From the NCBI GenBank assembly GCA_963575745.1, contig CAUYUJ010000181.1, forward strand, positions 124,001 through 188,000: a stretch of 64,000 nt of DNA, given 5' to 3'. Shown here piece after piece: positions 35,397-48,800 of the stretch; position 1 is the first letter of the stretch, and every line of letters begins with the position of its first letter. Origin of the DNA: Prorocentrum cordatum. Its lineage: Eukaryota. The notes under the pieces were generated by a model. It saw only the letters and a program-made list of their open reading frames with translations. It ran no database searches and was not told where the DNA came from. The position numbers were made by a program, and so were the translations under genes.

Positions 35397-36823
35397 CCCA
35401 GCCATCCTGTGGTGTTGGGTCCTCGTTTTGATGAGACAGTGCCTCGCGTCACTCCTCCTCTCCTCTCCTCCTCCCCATCCTCCTCCCTCCTCCCACAGGA
35501 GCGCTGCCCTCTCTCCTCCCCTCACACGTTTCGTGGCCCCACCGGGAGCTCCACCGAAGGCCCCAATGGTTGCGTTCGCATGCGCCCACCGCGCCCATTT
35601 CGGTACATCCCTCACACGTTTCGTGGCCCCACAGGGAGCTCCACCGAAGTCCACAATGGCTGCGTTCGCACGCGCCCACTGAACCCATTCGGTACACTCC
35701 TCACACGTCGCGTGGCCCCACTGGGAGCTCCACCGAAGGCCCCAGTGGCTGCGTTCGCATGCGCCCACCGCACCCATTTCGGCACACCTCTCACACGTTT
35801 CGTGGCCCCACTGGGAGCTCCACCGAAGGCCCCAGTGGCTGCGTTCGCATGCGCCCACCGCACCCATTTCGGCACACCCCTCACACGTTTCGTGGCCCCA
35901 CAGGTTGCCCCACCGAAGGCCCCTGCTGCTGCGTTCGCATGCGCCCACCGAACCCATGTCGGCACACCCCTCACACGTCGCGTGGCCCCACAGGGAGCTC
36001 CACCGAAGGCCCCAATGGTTGCGTTCGCATGTGCCCACCGCACCCATTTCGGTACATCCCTCACACGTTTCGTGGCCCCACAAGGAGCTCCACCGAAGGC
36101 CCCAGTGGCTGCGTTCGCATGCGCCCGCCGCACCCATTTCGGCACACCCCTCACACGTCGCGTGCCCCCATAGGGAGCTCCACCGAAGGCCCCGATGGCT
36201 GCGTTCGCATGCGCCCACCGCACCCATTTCGGCACACCCCTCACACGTTTCGTGGCCCCACAGGGAGCTCCACCGAAGGCCTCAGTCGCTGAGTTCGCAT
36301 GCGCCCACCGCACCCATTTCGGCACACCCCTCACACGTTTCGTGGCCCCACTGGGAGCCCCACCGAAGGCCCCAGTGGCTGCGTTCACACTCGGCCACCG
36401 AACCCAGTTCGGCACACCCCTCACACGTTTCGTGGCCCCACAGGTTGCCCCACCGAAGGCCCCTGTTGCTGCGTTCGCTTGCGCCCACCGCACCCATTCC
36501 GGCACACCTCTCACACGTGTCGTGGCCCCACAGGGAGCTCCACCGAAGGCCCCAGTGGCTGCGTTCCAATGCGCCTACCGCACCCACTTCGGCACACCCC
36601 TCACACGTCTCGTGGCCCCACAGGGAGCTCCACCGAAGGCCCCAGTGGCTGCGTTCCAATGCGCTCACAACACCAATGTCGGCACACCCCCTGCACGTTC
36701 CGTGGCCCCACAGGGAGCTCCACCGAAGGCCCCGGCACAGCACTCATGCGTTTCGTGGCCCCACAGGGAGCGCTACCGAAGAAGATACTCACACATGCGG
36801 TACGCACAGCTGCATATGGTTGG
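35397..36823. mobile_element. Satellite-bearing element, copy B (90-bp units, ~35520-36780)
   Basis: Same left end (CCCAGCCATCCTGTGGTGTTGGGTCCTCG) and right end (CTGCATATGGTTGG); about 14 units. Confidence 0.7.
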
Positions 36824-39492
36824 ATCCTACCCACGACCCCCGTCATCCCACATCTGAAGGGGCCCATGGACACACACAAACAAATAAACACAAACCCCAG
36901 GATTCCCCAGATTTCCCTTACGTACCTACCAGACGTTCGCCTTCCCCCCCACACTTCCCATATGTTAAATGCTTTCTTGGGAATCGGCAACTGTCTGTGT
37001 GTGTGGTTTTTGTTCCTCCTGAACATCGTGGGGCAAGGCTTCGTGCCTGTGCCTTACATCGCCGCTCGATGACCTCCCACCACGGCGCCGGAGGCGCCCG
37101 TGTGGCGACGGAGGCGCGGCAGCCAGCGGCGGGCCAGAAGCTGGCTGCGTGCAGCCGACGCGAGGAGCGGCGCGATGACGAGGAGGAAGAGCCTCCTCGT
37201 CCTCGCGCCTCCTCCTCGCCCTCTCCGCTCATCGTCCTCGCGCCGCTCCTCGCCCTCATCGTCCTCGCCCTCCTCGTCCTGGCCCTCGCCCTCCTCGTCC
37301 TCGCCCTCGCATCGTCCTCGTCGCGCGCGCTCCTCCTCGCCCTCGCTCTCCTCCTCGCCCTCGCGCCGCTCCTCGCCCTCCTCCTCCTCCTCCTCCTCCT
37401 CCGCCGCCTCCTCCTCGCCCTTCCCCCTTTCGCCCGACCTGGCCCCCGCGCCCCGCCTCGCCCAGGGCTCGCTCCTGCCACTCGCGCGCGCCCGCAACTC
37501 GGCGGCCCGCGCGGCGGTGCGAACGGACGAGCGGGCGGCCCCCCCTGTGGCGGCTCCCCCCCCTCCGCCGCGGACCCCTCCTCCTCCCCGGCCCCCTCCC
37601 TCCCCGGACCTAGGAAAGCAGGAGTGGCCCGAAGACCGCAGCCCTTCCTGAGCACGGCGCGGCCCCTGCTCCAGCGTCTCGGCCTGTGCTCCGCCCTTCT
37701 CCTGCTCCGTCGTCCCTCTCCGCCCCGGCCTCCCCTGCCGCCCGCGAGCTGGAGCGAAGTCTTCCCCGCCCCCGCCCCCCCCCACCCCACCCCTCGCGCG
37801 CCCAGCCCCCCCGCTTGCCGGGTGGCCTTCTGCGGCAGGGCTGCCCGCGAGGGGGCGGAGGCGGCGGAGCACGAGGGAGGGTTGGGGGAGCCAGCAGGAG
37901 GGGGAGGACGAGGAGCAGCAGGAGCACGAGGAGAATCGGCGGCGGCAGGGACAGCAAGAGGAGCAGGCAGGAGCAGGCCGGCAGTGGTCGGGCAGCTGGC
38001 GCAGGATGAGCGCAGGAGGCAGGAGGACGCGCGAGGAGGAGGAGGAGGAGGAGGAGGAGGAGGAGGAGGAGGAGGAGGAGGAGGAGGACGAGGAGGAGGA
38101 GGAGGAGGAGGAGGAGGAGGAGGAGGAGGAGGAGGAGGAGTCGGGCGGAATACGAGGCAGGATCAGGAGGAGGATGCCAGAGGAGGGGCGCGCGACCCTC
38201 TCCCGGACCCCTGCGCTCGTCCCAATATCGCACGATGCTCATCAGCGACCGTGTACACGCGATGGCAGTGCAGTGGTATAGGCAGCTGAGCTCGGAGCTG
38301 AGGAACTACTTTTCGAGCGCGCCACAACCCCATCACGGACCTATAGGCCTGTAGGACGATGTTGCTGATTTAGTTTCTGCTTACTGTTGCATATCCTCGG
38401 CGCGCCTCTCTTCTGCAGCCCTTGCGGTGCCTGCTCTCGTCTTCTGCTGGCTCCGTGGTCTTTCATTGTCATCTCGCCCGACGTTCCTTCCTCCTCATAC
38501 CGTTCTCCTTTCGTCAATATTCCTGGGCTGCGGCATCCGGCATTTGGCAAAACATGCTGGGATGATAACAGGAGTTGATATTTCAGAGACTGCAGGGGCG
38601 TGACCTGGGATCCTGCGATCCCGCAGGGCATCTTCCTGTCGCCTCGCGACCCAGGCTTTCGGCATCCTCCGTTCAAGCGGGCTCACCGCTCCATACCATG
38701 AGGCAAATTGTTCACGATCCATCCGCGCGGACGAAGACGAGGTCGAGTTCACGACCCGTCTCAGTTCGGCCCACTCGTCGGAATTGCGCTGTTCCTATAC
38801 TCAGCCTCCTTCTTCTTGCGCTGTTGCGCAAGCACGGTGGCGGGGGTTTGCCGCAGGCGGCTGGATATGTGTCGTTGGCTCCGTTGCTCAGTTGAGGCCG
38901 TGCGCCGAGCATGGCCTGATCGGTGCTGGATGATGCTCATGGAGGCCCGAGCCCCACCGCCGGTTTCCTCCTTTTCCTCCAGTGTTCCGTTCGTCCCACC
39001 CCCCTCCGTCGCCACAACCGAGACTGCGCGACCCCTGGCCGCTCCCCAACAAAAGCGAACCGTTCTGATCAGCGGGCCTCCAGAAGGAAACGCCCGCACG
39101 CTGCTGCTCACCTGCCAGACTAGTTCTGGATATGAAGCACACGGCCTCCACGTCCTGCTCCTCCGCCACTCCTGCTGCGACACGGACGTCTGACAGCCGA
39201 ACATCATGAAGGCCCAGCAACGGGCAGAGACGGCGAGCAGAGAAAGGGGTAAGACGGAGACAGTGGGTGAAGAGAAAGGGAAAGCGAAGCTATATCCCCC
39301 TCGCCCGTCCCCATCCTCCTCGCCCTCCCGCTGGCTCTCTCCATCACCCCCTCTTCTCCTCGTCCCCTCCCATGGGCCTCCCCCCTCCTCATCTCCCTCC
39401 CAATCTCGACGCTCCCTCTGAAAGCCAACCTGCAGATCGAGACGCGCGTCTCGCAGAGGGCCAGGAGGAGAGAGAGGGAGAGAGAGAGAGAG

Positions 39493-39527
<35 letters not shown>

Positions 39528-40739
39528 AGCAAAAGAACGCGAGAACACAGGTATGACGCAATTCAGAGTAGGAGTGGGAGGGGAGGGTGGGGCTGGCGGT
39601 CCTGTTATTTCCTCCACGCCGCTCAGAATAACGATGACCTCCAGATAGGGTATAGGAGGAGCTCCTCCTCCGTCCTGAAGGGAGCCACGGGCCCTTCTTC
39701 CACCTCCCTCTCCTCGTCCTCCTCCTCCGCCGCGGGGACAGCCGTGGCTTCTGTCCAAGCGCTTGCCTCCCAAGCGCTGGAAGTTGGCACCAACACTGAC
39801 ACAAGGGGTTGCCTCCACCAGGGGAGAATGATCCTGGATGTGGGTGCTGGTGGAACTCTCCCGGCCACCTCAGAAGCCCGCACACAGCCCCCGGCACCGA
39901 GATCAAGATCACCTTCCCTCGGCCCTCGGTGGAGGCGCCCGCCGACACTGCTATTGCTGCCAACCTCTGGGCCGGGCGAAAAGCCGCGTCGGGCACGGCG
40001 TCGGACATGTGTGCAAACCGCACGGTTGCCTCTTCCCCCCCCACCCTCTGCCCCCTCCACCTCCAGCCCAACTCCTCGGACTCATCGTTCTCCCCTCTTC
40101 CCTCCCTCTCTTCCTGTTCCTCACTCTTACCCCCCCTCATCCCTCTCGTGCTCCTTCTCCCCACCCTTGTTGATCCTCCTTCTTTCTCCTCCCCATCCTT
40201 CGCCTCATGAGGATGGCGCTCAGAGTGGTGCTCAGTCCCGTCGTCCGCGCTGCATCCGCCTGGCTTGGGTAGTTCATGCCAGGTCGTGTGGAGGCGTCAC
40301 CTCCAGTACCATGTGGTGCGCGCTACTGGAAGTGCAGGGGCAGAAGCATCGGTCCTCGGGATCAACCAAACGTTCGAAAAGTCCCCCCATTCCCTTTCCG
40401 CCCCCTCCCTGACCGAAATCCTCTCGGTCTGTGGCGAAAGGGAGAGGCACAGTGTGAAGCGGGCTAGGGACCAAGAAGGAGCAGCCCTGAGCGGTACAGG
40501 GGGGAAAGAGAGAGGCCAGCGCAAGAGGGCGCCAGGCCGACTCGACCCTCCCGCCCCGCCCGCCAAATCGATAATTGCCATCCCCGCCATGTCGACGCTA
40601 CGGCAGGGAACGGGGTAGGGAGGAGGAAGAAAGATAGGACAAACCAGAGGGAAGGACTGGAGAGTTGAACTGAACGGAGAAGATAAGTGCACACATATCT
40701 ACATATAAATATATATATATATATACACAAAGCATTCGG

Positions 40740-43308
40740 GAAGTGAACTCTCCTGGGGACTGCGAGTCGACGTGGCGCCGTTCCCGGACTTGACCGACCG
40801 CGAGACGGGACTGAATGGACTCGATGTGGGCAAAGGGCCTGGCGGTGATGCCCCTCATGGCTGCGATGAGCTCCCCACCTGCTCTGGTAATGTCATCGCA
40901 ACGCATCGCTGGAGGCAAGGCAGGGCGCCAACCTGCATTGACAATGCCATACCCAGGGCCCTCTCTTCTGACGCCTGGTGGTGTTCGCACAGCCGGCGAT
41001 TTCATGGCAGTGCCGCTGCCTTTCGAGCAGATGCCGAGGAAATGACCTGCTGTCTGCAGTGGCGCGGGTGTCTGGGCGAGCTGCGTTTTCGCAGGTCGCA
41101 TCTGCGCCTCCACTATTTAGGCGAACGAAGAATGACATAAACATAAAAACTCGGAGGTCCGCGCGGATTTCTCGGATCGGCGGTGGACCCCCTCCCTGGC
41201 ACGCGGAGCGCGCCAAGGGCGGCGCCGCAGGCGCCGGCAGGGGGCCCCAGCGCCCACCCGAGAAATCCGCGCGGACCTCCGAGTTTTTTCTTGTTTATGA
41301 CGTGGTTCGTACCCCGACCTGTTTTGCCTTCCGCAGGGACGCGGGCGTGGTCTTGGCAGGCCGCCGTGCCCGCGCCGTTGCCCACCCTCGCCTGCCGTGC
41401 GAACTCGGCCATCGCCTCGGTGCGGGCGGTGCGAGCGAGCCTGGGCCGCTAGCCCCCGTCGCGGGGGCTGCCGTCTGCCGCGGCTGAGTCGGGGCAGACG
41501 GTGCTGCCAGAGAAGACTCGGCGCTCGCGGACGCGTCATTGGCGCCTGCCACAGCGCCGCCGTCGCGTCGTTGTCATTCACCCGTTCGTGTGACATCAGG
41601 CGGGCCGTCTGTTCTTCGAGCGCGTCCATCTCTGCCTTGGCCACAACCGCCATGGCCCTGGACTGGTCCTTCACAAGCTGCCGGGCGAACGTGCCGAGCT
41701 GCTTCTTCCTGGTGTTCCACTGCTCGACCACGTGTCCGGCGCCTTCGATCTCACTGTCATCGAGGTCGAGGTCCAGCCGGTCGCCCTCCGTTGTAGTGGT
41801 GCCCTCGTTCTCGAGGAGACCTTTGAGGCTGATGCCAACTGCGTCGGTGGCCCCGTCCTTGAGCCGCGATGGGGCCAGGCTGGCGCGCACCTGCTCCTCC
41901 TTTGCTCCGGCTTCGGCAGGTGGGCGCCATGTCGCGCAGGTGCGAGCTCGCTTCTTCCCATTGCTGCCGGTGCTTCAACACTCCCCGTGGCACCATCGTG
42001 CTTGGTCCGACCCTTGTGGGCGGCCGCAATGGCACGGTGCAGGGCCGCTCTGGGCAAGACTGGGGGCGGTGGGCTCGGTGGGCGTGCGGCCAAGATTCTC
42101 TTCGAGGCCCCGCATCGTCTCGGGGCTGATTCGCCTGGTTCGGGCCGCCATCAGGGGCTCCGCCTCCAACTCGTCGGAGCCCACGCCCGACCACGCGTGC
42201 ATCGTGACTGTGCCTCTTGCGCCGACGCTCTGCCTGCACCGTCGCGGTCCATTCTAAGCCAGTCCATCGGGCGGGCCCGAACCACAGACAGGCCCACTGT
42301 GATGAGGAGGCGGCGGGGCCGATGGCCCCAGTGGGAGCGGCGGCAGCAGAGCGACAGGCGAGGGCCAGGGGCAGAAGATGCTGGCCGCAAAGGGAGGAGG
42401 AGGAGGAGGAGGAGGAGGAGGGAGGAGGAGGGAGGAGGAGGAGGAGGAGGAGGAGGAGGAGGAGGAGGAGGAGGAGGAGGAGGAGAGAGGAGGAGGAGGA
42501 GGAGGGGGAGGAGGGGAGGAGGGGGAGGAGGGAGGAGGCGGCATCGTCCAAATAGACTCGGGGGCAGGCGGCTGGCACGCTCAAGCGGCCGTGGGGGAGG
42601 TTGGGGGGGGGAGGGGTCCCGGGGGCTGTGACCGCCTCCCCGGGAGGATCACCCCTCCCCTGGGGGGGAAGCTTTCGGCTCCAGAGCGCCAGCGTCGTCG
42701 TCGTCGTCCTGCAGGGTCGCGGCACCAGCCGCAAGGCCTTCGCAATGGCTTTGGAGGCAGGCGGCTGTCACCATCAGCCTTGGAATCGCTGAAGCCTCGG
42801 TGGCACAGATGGCTTGACCGCGGCACCGCACCCGAAGCACGCCTCCCGCGCGCGCGCCAGATCCACGCGGAACTGCGCAGCCGACACGGCACATGCGGTC
42901 AGGAACTTTGGGATAGCGTGTCGCCGCGGCGGCCCCGACGACATGCTATAGCTTGTAAGCAGGTGGCGTGTCGCTCTGCTCCGCAGGGCGGGAGGCTGGG
43001 AAAAACTCGAGACGCTGACGCCTCGGGACTGGGAAGTGGATAGCGTGTCGCGCCGAAACGTGGTATGCCAGAACAAGCGGAGCTACACGCTATCCAAAAA
43101 GTTCCCGACCGTTTTGCTGCTCCTTTGCCATGATTGTGACGGGTGCCCCTGCAGAAGCTCACGGATCGAGTGCGGCTTCGCGAGGGACGGACATTGCGAA
43201 ACTCATGTCTGGGACTGGCCAGGCGAACTTCCGAACTCTGCCAGGGATCATCGCTGTCCACTTCTCCCATGGATGGAGCCTGGAGTCGCGAGCCAAAAAC
43301 GGGCATGG
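40740..43308 (-). pseudogene. Decayed retrocopy starting at a relict SL (43308-43287); 3' extent uncertain
   Basis: CCATGCCCGTTTTTGGCTCGCG is followed by an ATG at 43270 (MGEVDSDDPWQSSEVRL...) with frameshifts. A downstream protein-like frame (LKGLLENEG...VEQWNTRKKQLGTFARQLVKDQ, 41890-41530) may belong to it. Confidence 0.45.
41136..41299. mobile_element. Palindromic MITE family (best copy); relatives at ~19375-19460, 47370-47540, 49655-49785 and 51700-51845
   Basis: TIR AAAAACTCGGAGGTCCGCGCGGATTTCTCGG / CCGAGAAATCCGCGCGGACCTCCGAGTTTTT. The copies share the core CCCTCCCTGGCGCGCGGAGCGCGCC. Confidence 0.8.
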
Positions 43309-43619
43309 AGAGAATGAGGGAGGGTGGAGGGAAGGAGGGGGAGGAGGGAGGGGGGGAGGGGAAGAGCCAGGGGAGGGGAAGAGGGAGGGCAGGGCGGGGA
43401 GGAAGGGGAAGGGGGAGGAAGGGGAAGGGGAAGAGGGAGGGGAAGAGGGCAGAGGGCGGAATAGAAGGAGGGGAGGGGGGAGAAAAGGGGAGGGGAAAGG
43501 AAGAGGTGAGGGGAAGAGAGGAGGGGAAGAGACAAGCTAGGCGCGCTCGCGTCAGATCTGACGTCCTACCCCTCCCGTCCATCCCTTACCACGGCGTAGA
43601 TCTCCTCTCTATTCGCACA

Positions 43620-45265
43620 TTCGGATGTCGCAACATGGCATAGCATTACATGCCATAACATGGTGTTGAAGATCAAAACGTAGCATGGCATAGCATGACG
43701 TGGCGACGCCCCAACGGGGGGGGCTTCTGCGGCCCAACAATTCAACGAATCGGCACCGAATGTGATCACTTCCGAGGATTTTCGGGAGGCCATGTTCTAG
43801 GTTTTGGGGTCTTCTTGGAAGGACCGAAAACCATGCCGTGGCATGGCACGGAAAATGACGACGCCAGCGCTGCAGTGGGAGCACGATTCGGGACGAGCGG
43901 AAATGCGATAATGAGGCCAGCGCTGGAGCGGGAGCACGCGTCGGAACGAGCGGTAGCCCGAAACTGAAGCCAGCGCTTCAGTGAGAGCAGCACTTGAAAC
44001 GAAGGACGCGTAGCCTGACATAGCATGGCGTGGCGACGCCCCAGTGGGGGGGGGTTCGGCGGCCCTGAAAACCAACGAATCGGCACCGAATGTGTAATCA
44101 CTTCCGGTTTTGTTTTCGGGGGGCATTTTCTGGATTTTGGTGCCGATTTGGAAAGATCGAAAACCAACCCGTGGCATGGCGATGGAAATCCGCCGATCCG
44201 GCGTGTGAGTTTCTGAGAGCGTGGACTTGAGCTCGCTCAAGCTTCGCTCTGCAGGGGGGGGGGGGGGTACACGTTATTTCCGACGTCATTTCCGACGTTT
44301 TTCGGTAAAGGGGGATATTTCCGACGTCATTTCCGACGTTTTTCGGTACCCGGGGAGAGGGGGGTATAGAAAACTCCACTTCCGGAGCCACCCCGGATCG
44401 GCGGCACTGGCCGGAGGCCAGCCCAATAATGACGCCAGCGCTGCAGCGGGAGCACGATTCAGAATGAGCGGTAGCCCGAAAATGATGCCAACGCTTCAGC
44501 GAAAGCAGCATATTGAAAGAGAAAACCAAAGCAAATACACTTGAGAAAACCCCAATCAGCGGATGATTTGAAAATTGATACTATGGATCGTGAGATCGAT
44601 TGTAAGATCGAGAATGAGATCGATAGTGGAATCGATCGTGAGGACGATTGTAACGTCGATCGTGAGACCGAGAGTGACATCGATTCAATGAGACCGAGAG
44701 TGAGATCGATCGCGAGATCGTTCATGCGATCTCTAGTGAGATCGCTTGTGAAATTGATAGTGAGATCGATTGTGAGATCGATGGTGAGATCGATCGAGAA
44801 GTCGGTAATGAGATCGATGGTGAGACCGATCGATAAGATATTGACCAGGAACCCGAGAACACGGGAACCTCGCCGCCCTCCGAAATCGGCCCAGAACCCG
44901 GAACCCGGAACCCGGGAACCCGGAACCGGGAACCTGGGAACCCAGCGTGCGATCAAAATCGGCGGGGCGCTTTCGACAAATTCTTCAACATCCGCAAGGA
45001 CCCCGTCAGTGCAAGCACTGATTGGTGAGCATTGAATGAGATCCGTGATAAACTCGACAGTGAGATCGGTAGTGAGATCTTCAACCATCGGCCTGGAACC
45101 AATGATCAGGAACCTGGGAAACCATCAGCCCGGAACCAATGACCAGGAACCCGGGAACCCCAGAACCCGGAACCGGGAACCCAGCGTGCCACCAAAATCG
45201 GTGAGGTACTTTCGCCAACTCTAGCAACATCCGCGAGGACCCCTTCAGTGCAAGCACTGATTAAG
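43620..45265. repeat. Patchwork of duplicated modules (~340-bp and ~240-bp periods) with a GATC-rich 12-bp array at 44585-44835
   Basis: CATAGCATGRCGTGGCGACGCCCCA..CAACGAATCGGCACCGAATGTG occurs twice, as does TCAGTGCAAGCACTGATT; (GTGAGATCGAT.)n array. Confidence 0.8.
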
Positions 45266-45624
45266 GAAAAAACAACTCCCAGGAATCCTGCGTGAGAAAA
45301 TTGGGGGGTGAAAGTGGGGGTCGGGCGCAGGGTCCCGGCAATGGTGTCTTTATGGGCCATGAATGGGCGATACATCCTCGAGTGCTGCATTCGGCGGGGG
45401 AACCAATTGAAGCTCCCCGCCTGCACCCATGCGCGAGACTTGAAGGGAAACGAAGCAAGGGGGCGGGGGGTTCGGGAAAGGCGACGAAGGCAACATGCGC
45501 TGAGGGCACAAAAAGAAAAGGTTGGAATAAACGAAAGCGGTGAGGTGAGTGTCAAACTCTGCCCAGCCAATCAGACATGCGGAACACTGCGCCTCAGTTT
45601 TGGGGATCTTGGAGGCCAGGGCAA

Positions 45625-45845
45625 CATGTGCATTCACACTGTGGAAAAAGCAAAATGAGAATTCACATGTTTGGAAAAAAGAGAATGTGAATTCACATTT
45701 TAGAGCAAAAGGCAAACGTGACTTCACATTTTGGAATTTTGGGTAGGAAAAAGAATGAAAGGGCCAGAATGTGAATTCACATTGTGGGGGGAAAACAAAA
45801 TTTGAATTCACATGTTGGGAAGAAGAAAAATATGAATCCACATTT
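45625..45845. repeat. Phased array of the 16-bp palindrome AATGTGAATTCACATT
   Basis: Perfect copies are at 45684 and 45768, with degenerate copies at ~45625, 45654, 45715, 45799 and 45829. Confidence 0.8.
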
Positions 45846-48800
45846 TGGGAGAATCGCGGGGCCCATTCCAAATCTGTCTTGGGAATCGTTAAGTCATCGT
45901 TTGGGAACATATGCGATCATCAGTCGCACAATCAAGACACACTTGCACTCCACTTCGCTGCCCCACGCGCAATATGCAAGAACGCCCGCACGCATGAACG
46001 ATAATGGATGGACGGCGCGTGTGCCCGCGCGGGCAACGCGCGGGCACGAACGCTGGCCCTCCATGACCGCCCACATTGGATGCCAATCGTACCCGATCAC
46101 ATACATGAGCGATACATTGAGCATACATGGGCCATTCTGTCCCCATTGAAGACTCCCTGTTGCAGACCCGCTCTTTCACCCTCCAAGAAAAAACAGTACG
46201 CGGAGGGGGGCCGGACATTTCCCAGACGCCACCAGGGGAGAGAGGAGGGTACTATTCATGTTGTCTAACTGCGCAAGGGGAAGAGGGGAGGGGAGGGGAG
46301 GGGAGGGAGGGCAGGGCGTAGAGGCATGGAACGGGGGAGGACGGGAGGGGGTGGGCGGGCAGGGCAGGCGAGGGAGCAGGCGCGGCAGCTCCTCCTGGCC
46401 CCATATGTTAGCGTAGACCTCCTCTGGCGTCGGGTCCCTGTCGCCTTGCTGCGGCCGTGGCGCTCTCCGAAAAGGGCTGCGGCGGGCTGGGCGGTCGGCG
46501 AGGGCATGGCAGGGGCGATTGTAGAGGCCTCCTCGTCCTCCTCCTCCTCCTCCTCCTCCTCCTCCTCTTCCTCGTCGCTGGTTCTCCTCCTCCTCCTCCT
46601 CCTCCTCCTCCGCTTCCTCCTCCTCCTCCTCCTCCTCGCCCGCGATGGGGTCCGAATTGCTGGGGTCGGAGGATCGCGCCGCATCGTCGATGCATCGCCG
46701 ATGCATCGGCGATGCGTCGGCGCCAGCTCCTTCCTCAACACTCGTTTTTGTGTTTTGTTTGTTTCTCCTCTCTCTCTCCTTCCTCCTCTCCCGCCTCCTC
46801 CTCTCCTCTCCTCCTCTCCTCTCCTCCTCCCTCTCCCCTCCTCCTCCTCCCTCCCCTCCCTCCCCCTCCCCCTCCCTCCCTCCTCCTCTCTCCTCCTCCT
46901 CTCCTCTCCTCCTCCTCCTCCTCCTCCTCCTCCTCCTCCTCCCTCCCCCCTCCCCCTCCCCTCCCTCTCCTCTCCTCCTCCTCCTCCTCCTCCTCCTCCT
47001 CCTCCTCCTCCTCCTCCTCCTCCTCCTCCTCCTCGCTCGTCCTCCATCGCTTGCGCCCCTTCCCTGGGAAACAAAGGTCCTGTGGGGGAGACCACAAGGT
47101 ACCAATACCGCTGCTCCCCGGACCTCTTCTGGGGTGCGTTCTGACCAGGATTTCGAAGCGAATCCAGCGGTGGCGACGAGGGCCTCCCAGGAGGCGGGAA
47201 AAAGGGAAAACAGGCGAAAAGGTGGAGGTATGGGAACCTTTCCCTCCTCTGACCTGTGCGGGGGAGGAGGGCGGGGCTGCAGTCGGCCTTCGCCTTCGCC
47301 GTTTGCGACGGGATCTATGTGCCTGGCCCGTCCTGGGCCCAGGGATGTGTACTCGAAGAAGAAAAGCGGCATACACATAAACTCTTGGCGCTCCGCGCAG
47401 ATTTCTTGGATCCGCGCTGGGCCCCCCTGGCGGCGCCTCCGGCGCCGCCCCTGGCGCGCTCCGCGCGCCAGGGAGGGGGGGGGGATCCAGCGCGGATCCA
47501 AGAAATCCGCGCGGAGCGCCGCATGTTTGTGCTCATGCCGCTTGCTTCTTCTATGTATACGCCTCTCTGGCCAAGCCGGGACGCTGTAGACGCCGTCCCT
47601 GGGCCCAAGTTGGGCCAGGTCTCGGGGAGTGGATATGTACAGATCCCGTCGCCCGTCGAGTGGACTCGGAACGTGCGTCGGATCGGGCTGCATCCGCCCC
47701 GGAGTCGAAGTCAAATCGGATCGGCCGTGCCAGGACGCACACCAAGGCCATGCGAACACCGGGCCAGACTGGGCCGTCGGAGCATCGGAACCGAGCCGGA
47801 TCGGGCGGGCCGAAATGGACCGTGCCTGGGAGGGAGCCTGCGCCTGCGTCCTGGGTCGTCCCGGGGGAGCTTTGAGGGCCAGCCGAGACAGGAGCGCGGC
47901 TCTCTCTCTCTCTCTCTCTCGCGTTCGTCGAGTTTGGGGGGCCTCCCGGAAGCTTTTCGTCGCCAGCTGGACTCGCCTCGTGGAACGGGTCCCCAGACAT
48001 CCGCCGAGATGATTGTTTCAACCTGCGGCCCCAGAAGTCCCGACCCCTTCCCCGGGGGTGGTTTCTCGTCCTGGATATTTTTGTGAATAACGGGCCAGGA
48101 AAAACCGCCAGATTGAAAAAATCAACCCTCGGATCTCTGGGTCTGGATGGACTCGGGAGGGGCCCAGGGACCGGGGACCCATTTAGAGCGGACTCGGGCC
48201 GAGCAGTAACGCTGCCTCTGTCTATAAACTGGCCCTCCTCTGGGGGACGGCCCTTCGCGGGTGCTGTAGGTGGTGGCGCCAGGGCCGCAGAGTGGAAGAC
48301 AGATCCTGGCCGACTCGGTCCTCCAATATGGCTGAATACAATCAAACCGTAATTAAGGATGCAAGGGCCTTGGAAGGCCATGTTGACACTTTGCGAGCAG
48401 GCCGCGGCCAGCTGAAGCGGCCAAGGATGGACCGAGGAGGCAAGGCTGCAACGGTACCCTTGGGAAGGCTGCCGCCCCTCCTTACTCTGCGGGTTGACTG
48501 TACGGCTGGATATGACTCCAATACGGCCCAACATGCCCTCCAGACAGCCCACGAAGCCCCAGCAGGGCTCCGAGAGGACCTCCAGAGGGCCAAAATCATC
48601 TGTCTCCCCTCATGGGTTTCAGAAGTGTTCGTGGTCTCGATGCTTCGGGCTTCAGGTAAAGCGCGAAAAGATTGCCACGCGACGGCCCAGGAAGGCCTCC
48701 AAGACGGCATCCGACTGCCAAAAGGTCCCTTAGCACCCAGAGGCCCCAAGAGGTCCCCGAGAGAGGCACTCGAAGCTGCCTCCGAGGGGCCCTGGAGGCT

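Noticed and set aside
33660..36780. CRISPR-like array (regular palindrome-containing repeats)
   Set aside because: Whole 89/90-bp units repeat with no unique spacers, no cas genes are present, and the context is eukaryotic. It is a satellite.
35136..38289. Long ORFs with 30-aa repeats (e.g. 35905..38289, 794 aa)
   Set aside because: The GC-rich 90-bp unit is open in most frames on both strands, and the related 89-bp array breaks frame. There is no coding evidence.
38340..39200. Non-repetitive segment that might be a decayed gene or TE
   Set aside because: No frame with recognisable motifs on either strand.
45684..45783. Bacterial CRP-type site (TGTGA...TCACA)
   Set aside because: Half-site spacing is 2 rather than 6, and the context is not bacterial.
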